Below, one piece after another: positions 59,255-64,000 of a stretch of DNA of 64,000 nucleotides. The DNA lies in NCBI GenBank assembly GCA_044070495.1, contig JBIPSI010000029.1, positions 1-64,000 on the forward strand, in the 5' to 3' direction. Below the pieces are notes generated by a model. The model was not told where the DNA came from, ran no database searches, and saw only the letters and a program-made list of their open reading frames with translations. Made by a program: the position numbers and the translations under genes. The first letter of the stretch is position 1, and each line of letters begins with the position of its first letter. The stretch is from Spirulina sp. (GTDB lineage Bacteria; Cyanobacteriota; Cyanobacteriia; Phormidesmidales; Phormidesmidaceae).

Positions 59255-59432
59255 CTCAGTAGATCGCAAAACCCCCGCAGCCCACCCTAACGGGAAGCAA
59301 GCTACACCCTAAATCCCTCTCCCTTGGGGAGAGGGACTTTGAAGACCGTTTCCGGCTCCCCTCTCCCCGTGGGAGAGGGGCTGGGGGTGAGGGCTGGATC
59401 GTGGCAAAAGAGCATGTTTGTGATCTACTAAG
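59255..59432. mobile_element. MITE-like repeat, copy 2 (carries a ~20-bp insertion)
   Basis: TIRs CTCAGTAGATCGCAAA and TTTGTGATCTACTAAG (14/16 match); homologous to 10157-10314. Confidence 0.8.
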
Positions 59433-59519
59433 CCTAGGATAATTCCGGCCCCGTGGGCTGAGGGGGGATAATGGGCCGAGGGGATCATAGGCCAAGGGGA
59501 TAATGGGGTGAGGCACAGG

Positions 59520-60200
59520 ATGCACATTTTGTTAGTAGATGACGAAGTTGAACTCACCGACCCCCTTAGTCGGTTGCTAACCCGCGAGGGCCACCAGGTG
59601 GATGTGGCCACCGATGGCGATATGGGGCTAGCCATGGCCGAAAAGGGCGGTTACGACCTGCTGATCCTAGACTGGATGCTGCCGGGGCTGAGTGGGCTAG
59701 AACTCTGTCGGCGGGTGCGTTCTCGCCAAGATCCAACCCCGGTATTGTTTCTGACGGCGAAAGATACCTTAGACGACCGAGTCGATGGCCTCGATGCGGG
59801 GGCCGACGACTATTTAGTCAAACCCTTTGAATTGCGGGAATTGCTGGCGCGGGTGCGGGCCTTGGGGCGGCGGGCGGCGGCCATCGAGGGGCCAAACCCT
59901 AGCGCTCGGCTCAGCTTTGGCGATCTGGAACTCGATCAGGCCAACCAGTTAGCCTATCGCCAGGGGCAGGCCATCGAACTTTCCGAAAAGGAAACCGCCC
60001 TGTTGGCCTATCTGCTGGGCCATGCCAACCAGGTGTTGCCCCACGAGCAAATTTATCAAACGGTGTGGGGCGACCAAGACCTCCCTAGCAGCAATGTGCT
60101 GGCCGCCCAGATGCGGCTGCTGCGGCGCAAAATTGAACCCAAGGGCACACCCCCCCTCATCCACACCATCTACGGTAAGGGCTACCGCCTGGGGGATTAG
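59520..60200 (+). CDS. OmpR-family response regulator (RppA-like)
   Basis: Motifs ILLVDDE.ELTDPLSR, LILDWMLPG, GADDYLVKPF and IHTIYGKGY; no adjacent kinase. Confidence 0.92.
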   Translation: MHILLVDDEVELTDPLSRLLTREGHQVDVATDGDMGLAMAEKGGYDLLILDWMLPGLSGLELCRRVRSRQDPTPVLFLTAKDTLDDRVDGLDAGADDYLVKPFELRELLARVRALGRRAAAIEGPNPSARLSFGDLELDQANQLAYRQGQAIELSEKETALLAYLLGHANQVLPHEQIYQTVWGDQDLPSSNVLAAQMRLLRRKIEPKGTPPLIHTIYGKGYRLGD

Positions 60201-60251
60201 GGGGATATTGGGCAAGGAAATTCCTGTTTCACTCTGTCCCCCCCTTATCAA

Positions 60252-60442
60252 CTACTGTGTATACACATCTTGTTTTCATGCCGCACGTCCTCGGAGATCC
60301 CCCTAAATCCCCCTTGAAAAGGGGGACTTTGAATCCGGTTCCCCCCTTTTCAAGGGGGGCTAGGGGGGATCGATTTCAAGGGGGGCTAGGGGGGATCGAT
60401 CCCCTATAACGTCTACGTCAAGGACTTGTGTGTACACAGCAG
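60252..60442. mobile_element. 191-bp MITE with a 9-bp target-site duplication
   Basis: TIRs CTACTGTGTATACACA and TGTGTGTACACAGCAG (14/16 match); CCTTATCAA at 60243-60251 and 60443-60451; internal 26-bp tandem duplication at 60348-60399. Confidence 0.85.
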
Positions 60443-60520
60443 CCTTATCAAGGGGGGCAGGGGGGATCTCCACGATGTACTTCCCTCGAGTGGAATCCGC
60501 TCTGGTTGCCCCAGAAGCTT

Positions 60521-61291
60521 TTAAGCCCGCAGTAAACGACGTAGCCCTGTCCAGCCGATGACGGTATAGCCAATGGCTAGCAGCAGACTGGTGGTGGAGG
60601 TGCGGATGGCCGACTTCCAGGCTTCCGTTCTCACCTGGCGCTCGGCATCGGCCCGACGGGTGCCAATTTCCGTTTGAATTTGCTGACGAGCTTGGTCGGC
60701 CCGCTGTTGCAAAAATTGGTTCAGCCCCTCCGGGTTGTCTTGGTATTGCTGAATGTCTTGGGGCAACTGACCGCTCTGGATCGCCTGGGACAGCAGATCT
60801 TCGTTTTCTAAAAGCGCCCCAAGCTGGGTTTGCTGCTGGCTGAGTTCGGCGGATAGGCGCTGCTCAAGCTCTGTGGTGGCCTGTCCGGCCTCAGCATTCA
60901 CCTGCTCTAGGGCGGTGCGGCTAGAGAGGCGTACCGCATTGAGATGAAGCAGCGACAGCAGCAGATAGATCAGCCCCAGCAGACTGGACAGGGCGCAAAC
61001 CCAAAAGCGCAGATCGGTAAACAAGCTTTTGGCATTGGGGTTGCGACCCACTCGGCTATCGATCCAAAAGCCCGTCAGCAGCATGGCAATACCCACCAAG
61101 GGCACAATGCCCCGATCCACCAGTTGCGTCGTCGTCGCCAGTTGCCACTGGGTATTGGTGAGATTGGGGGGCACTAAAAGAACGAGGTAATCCAGAATCG
61201 CGGAGAGAATGGCCACCAGCCCCGCCGCCTTGAGGGCGAGGGCCGCAAGGGGGGAAGCGGTTGCACCGGAGACTGCTTGTTCAGACGTCAT
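60521..61291 (-). CDS. HpsJ-family membrane protein
   Basis: Motif WQL..TTQLVDRGIVPLVG; Gln-rich coiled coil; C-terminal LLLAIGYTVIGWTGL; ATG at 61291. Confidence 0.8.
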   Translation of the reverse strand: MTSEQAVSGATASPLAALALKAAGLVAILSAILDYLVLLVPPNLTNTQWQLATTTQLVDRGIVPLVGIAMLLTGFWIDSRVGRNPNAKSLFTDLRFWVCALSSLLGLIYLLLSLLHLNAVRLSSRTALEQVNAEAGQATTELEQRLSAELSQQQTQLGALLENEDLLSQAIQSGQLPQDIQQYQDNPEGLNQFLQQRADQARQQIQTEIGTRRADAERQVRTEAWKSAIRTSTTSLLLAIGYTVIGWTGLRRLLRA

Positions 61292-61394
61292 AAACCTTTG
61301 CCAGTTTCTACAGATAACCATTCTGCCCTGGACATCCCCGAAAACCACACAATCGCTACAAAACATTTGAGTTGGGCGATGGATTGGGGTTTAA

Positions 61395-61612
61395 GAGGAT
61401 GTTTGAAAAGTTCTGTTGACTGTAGCCAAGGTGGGGATCCCCCTAAATCCCCCTTGATAAGGGGGACTTTTACCCCCCTTATCAAGGGGGGCAGGCAGGG
61501 TGGTGTCATACCAGCGAAGAAAAATGAGGATGGGTTGAGATGTTATTAGACTCCTCAACCCATGGTCCTCATAGAACCATTAAAACAAATTCCAGATCAC
61601 CGTCATCGGCGA
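61395..61612 (+). mobile_element. Nested remnants: IS5-like MITE end, palindromic repeat, and ISAs1-like left end with a truncated transposase
   Basis: TAA|GAGGATGTTTGAAAAG at 61395; CCCCTAAATCCCCCTT..AAGGGGGAC repeat; CAGGGTGGTGTCAT at 61496; MVLIEPLKQIPDHR from 61562. Confidence 0.55.
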
Positions 61613-63538
61613 TTAAAAGGGGTAGACCCTGGGGGCGATGATCACGGTCATGGCCCAAAACAGCAGGTTGAAGGGAATGCCCACCCGCAGAAAATCACTA
61701 AAGCGATAGCCGCCGGGGCCGTAGACCATCAGGTTGGTTTGGTAGCCGATGGGGGTGCTAAAGCTGGCGGAGGCTCCGATCATAATCGCTACCACAAAGG
61801 GAATGAAGCTCACCCCTAGGCTTTGGGACAGGGCAAAGGCAATGGGAAACACCACGGCGGCGGCGGCATTGTTGGTGATCACTTCGGTGAGCAAGGTGGT
61901 GATGCCATAGACCAGAGCCAGGGCCAACCAGGGGTTATCTCCGGCTACGCCAAGGACGCCATTGGCTAGGGTGCTTGCGGCCCCAGAGATTTCCAGCGCC
62001 TTACCTAACCCCAGGGCAGCGGCCACCACCAAAATCACCGACCAGTCAATGCTGCGGAAGGCTTGCTGGAAGGAGCAGCAGCCGGTCAAGATCATCAGCA
62101 CAGCGGCGAGGGTGGCGGCGTTGAGCATCTCCATCCAGCCGAAGGTGGCGAGAACCACCATGGCGATCAGGATGCCGAGGGCGAGGGGGGCTTTGTCGTG
62201 GCGAGGGGGGTCGGAGTTGGGCACACCGCTGACCAGGTAAAAATCCCGTGAGGCGCGACGTTCTTCTAAAAAGGTGGGATGGGTTTCGAGCAGTAGGGTA
62301 TCCCCCGGTTGCAGACGAATATCGCCAATTTTGCCGGGAAGCCGGACGCCGTTGCGCCCCACCGCCAGCACCACCGCCCCATAGCGACTGCGGAACCGCC
62401 CTTCGCGAATGGTGATCCCCACCAAGGGACAAGTATTCGACACTACCGCCTCCACCAGGCAGCGATCACTGCGGGGAGAATCGAGCTTAAACACCTGATC
62501 GGTGGCGGGTTTGAGGCCGCGAATTTGGTTGAGATCCACAATGGAACTGACCATGCCCACAAAAACGAGCTGATCCCCCTCCCGCAGCACCTCCTGGGGG
62601 GGTACCGCTGTTAGCAGTTGATCGTGACGCTGAATTTCCGTGAGGTATAGCCCCGGCAGGTGGCGCAGTCCGGCCTTTTCCACGGATTTTCCGGCTAGGG
62701 GGCTGCCCTCTTCTACCACCATTTCCACGGTGTATTCGCGGGGGTCGTCTACTTCGGTGATGGCGGGTTTGCGGTTGGGCAACAGCCAGCGCTGGGCGAA
62801 AAGCAGCAGCAGCATTCCAGCCAGGGCACAGGGCACCCCCACGGGCAAGAGGTCAAACAGCTTCAGGCCGGGGTAATCGGTTTCGGCAATCAGCAGACCA
62901 TTCACCACTAGGTTGGTGCTGGTGCCAATCAGGGTACACATGCCTCCCATAATGGCGGCGTAGCTGAGGGGAATCATCAGCTTGGAGGGGCTAATTCGCA
63001 GCTTGCGGCACCAATCGCTCACCACCGGGATGAACATGGCCACGATGGGCGTGTTGTTGAGAAACGCGCTCAGCCCCACCACCGGCAACACCAACCGCGC
63101 CATAGCACGGGTTTGGCCCTTGGGCATTCCCAGCACCGTTCGCGAGATCATATCCAGCCCCCCGGTTTGCTGAAGCCCCGCCACCACGATATACAGCACC
63201 GCCACGGTGATCATGCCGGGGTTGCTAAAGCCCGCTAGGGCGGTGGGGGTGTCTAGAATACCCGTCAAAAACAGAATCGCCAGGGCACCGAGGAACACCA
63301 CCTCCGCCGCTAGGGAGGTCAGGGCATTGAGCAAAAATGCCCCCAGGGTAACGCCCAGGGTGAGCCAACCCTGCCAGCCCAGACCGATCAACGCTAGCCT
63401 CTGGGCCGCTACGGTTCCTACCAGGGCAAGCCCTAGCCCCGCTATTCCCAGCGCCAGCAGCCAACCGCCGTGGCGACACAGCCAGCGTACCCAAGACAGC
63501 CGCAGGGATCGTCGGGAGGGAAATAAACCGTATTTCAT
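61613..63538 (-). CDS. SLC13/DASS-family permease with two TrkA-C (RCK_C) domains
   Basis: Motifs AGFSNPG, SAFLNNTPIVA, LIGTSTNLVV, EVITNNAAA and TPIGYQTNLMVYGPGGY; the start may be further downstream. Confidence 0.92.
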   Translation of the reverse strand: MKYGLFPSRRSLRLSWVRWLCRHGGWLLALGIAGLGLALVGTVAAQRLALIGLGWQGWLTLGVTLGAFLLNALTSLAAEVVFLGALAILFLTGILDTPTALAGFSNPGMITVAVLYIVVAGLQQTGGLDMISRTVLGMPKGQTRAMARLVLPVVGLSAFLNNTPIVAMFIPVVSDWCRKLRISPSKLMIPLSYAAIMGGMCTLIGTSTNLVVNGLLIAETDYPGLKLFDLLPVGVPCALAGMLLLLFAQRWLLPNRKPAITEVDDPREYTVEMVVEEGSPLAGKSVEKAGLRHLPGLYLTEIQRHDQLLTAVPPQEVLREGDQLVFVGMVSSIVDLNQIRGLKPATDQVFKLDSPRSDRCLVEAVVSNTCPLVGITIREGRFRSRYGAVVLAVGRNGVRLPGKIGDIRLQPGDTLLLETHPTFLEERRASRDFYLVSGVPNSDPPRHDKAPLALGILIAMVVLATFGWMEMLNAATLAAVLMILTGCCSFQQAFRSIDWSVILVVAAALGLGKALEISGAASTLANGVLGVAGDNPWLALALVYGITTLLTEVITNNAAAAVVFPIAFALSQSLGVSFIPFVVAIMIGASASFSTPIGYQTNLMVYGPGGYRFSDFLRVGIPFNLLFWAMTVIIAPRVYPF

Positions 63539-64000
63539 GGTTAATCTACACTGGAAATTCTCTCAATCATATCGGGTGTTATGTGAAATTCATTTGAGAT
63601 TAAATTGAAATTCGTATCTAGTCTTGTTTGGATCCTACAGCGGAGGCCCCCTTGGTTAGGAGAACAGCGATCCAGAGGGTTTGGGCCAGAGGGTTTGGGC
63701 CACTCTGTCCACGAAAACCCTGCCCGAAGGGCTATACCCGAAGCAATGCACCAACGGGCTTGTCCTAGGAGGGATAGTTCATGATTCTAGGGAAGTCCGT
63801 TATGCCAGGAAGAATCGTTCATTTCCTTGACGCTGGTCGCCCCTATCTGACGGCCAGAATGCCGAGATGGCCTCGGTTAGCGACCTCAGGCCTCTATCCT
63901 GTGAAGTTTTCTGGCCTTTCGGGGGACAATGGAACCGTCTCTACCCAGTACCCTCCTATGACCCGGCGCAGCGGCCAGCCCCTGATTTCCGATCCGATTA

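Noticed and set aside
63672..63702. 14-bp tandem CCAGAGGGTTTGGG (two copies), or a c-di-AMP riboswitch upstream of the SLC13 gene
   Set aside because: This looks like a simple local duplication; no ydaO consensus was recognised.
1..64000. tRNA, rRNA, PEP-CTERM substrate, prophage or recognised defence system
   Set aside because: None was recognised by eye. tRNAscan-SE, Infernal and DefenseFinder runs would be needed to exclude them formally.

Overview
This is a GC-rich cyanobacterial chromosome segment. Cyanobacterial markers include cruP, hliC, ycf46/ycf35, HpsJ-family genes and a cyanoexosortase; a filamentous Leptolyngbya/Nodosilinea-like host is an inference. Most of the window is housekeeping and stress genes: dps, argC, ribBA, glgA, pilD, modA-modBC-mop-TSUP, gloA, cobU, argH, hemE, 2-Cys Prx, an RHH-AAA(Ycf46)-DUF1257 operon, a Ca2+/H+ antiporter, an RppA-like regulator and an SLC13 permease. 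A visibly AT-rich ~14 kb Wzx/Wzy glycosyltransferase cassette (44.1-57.8 kb) reads into an exosortase and an HpsJ gene. Features missed by the ORF track include a 47-aa hli gene, a parE toxin broken by one amber codon, a deleted Uma2 pseudogene, IS3, ISAs1 and other IS remnants, and several MITE/REP families, two with clean target-site duplications. The most notable signals are three. (1) A textbook NtcA promoter sits before modA, and an unrecognised ATGCCAG-N5-TTAACACAG motif occurs before both modA and mop, a candidate non-ModE molybdenum operator. (2) HIP1 (GCGATCGC) was not found, while the palindrome CCCTAGGG is strongly iterated except inside the AT-rich island. (3) A perfect HLR1 (RpaB) site lies upstream of the Ycf46 operon. 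No rRNA, tRNA or CRISPR array was seen. All calls come from reading the sequence by eye; no database searches were run.
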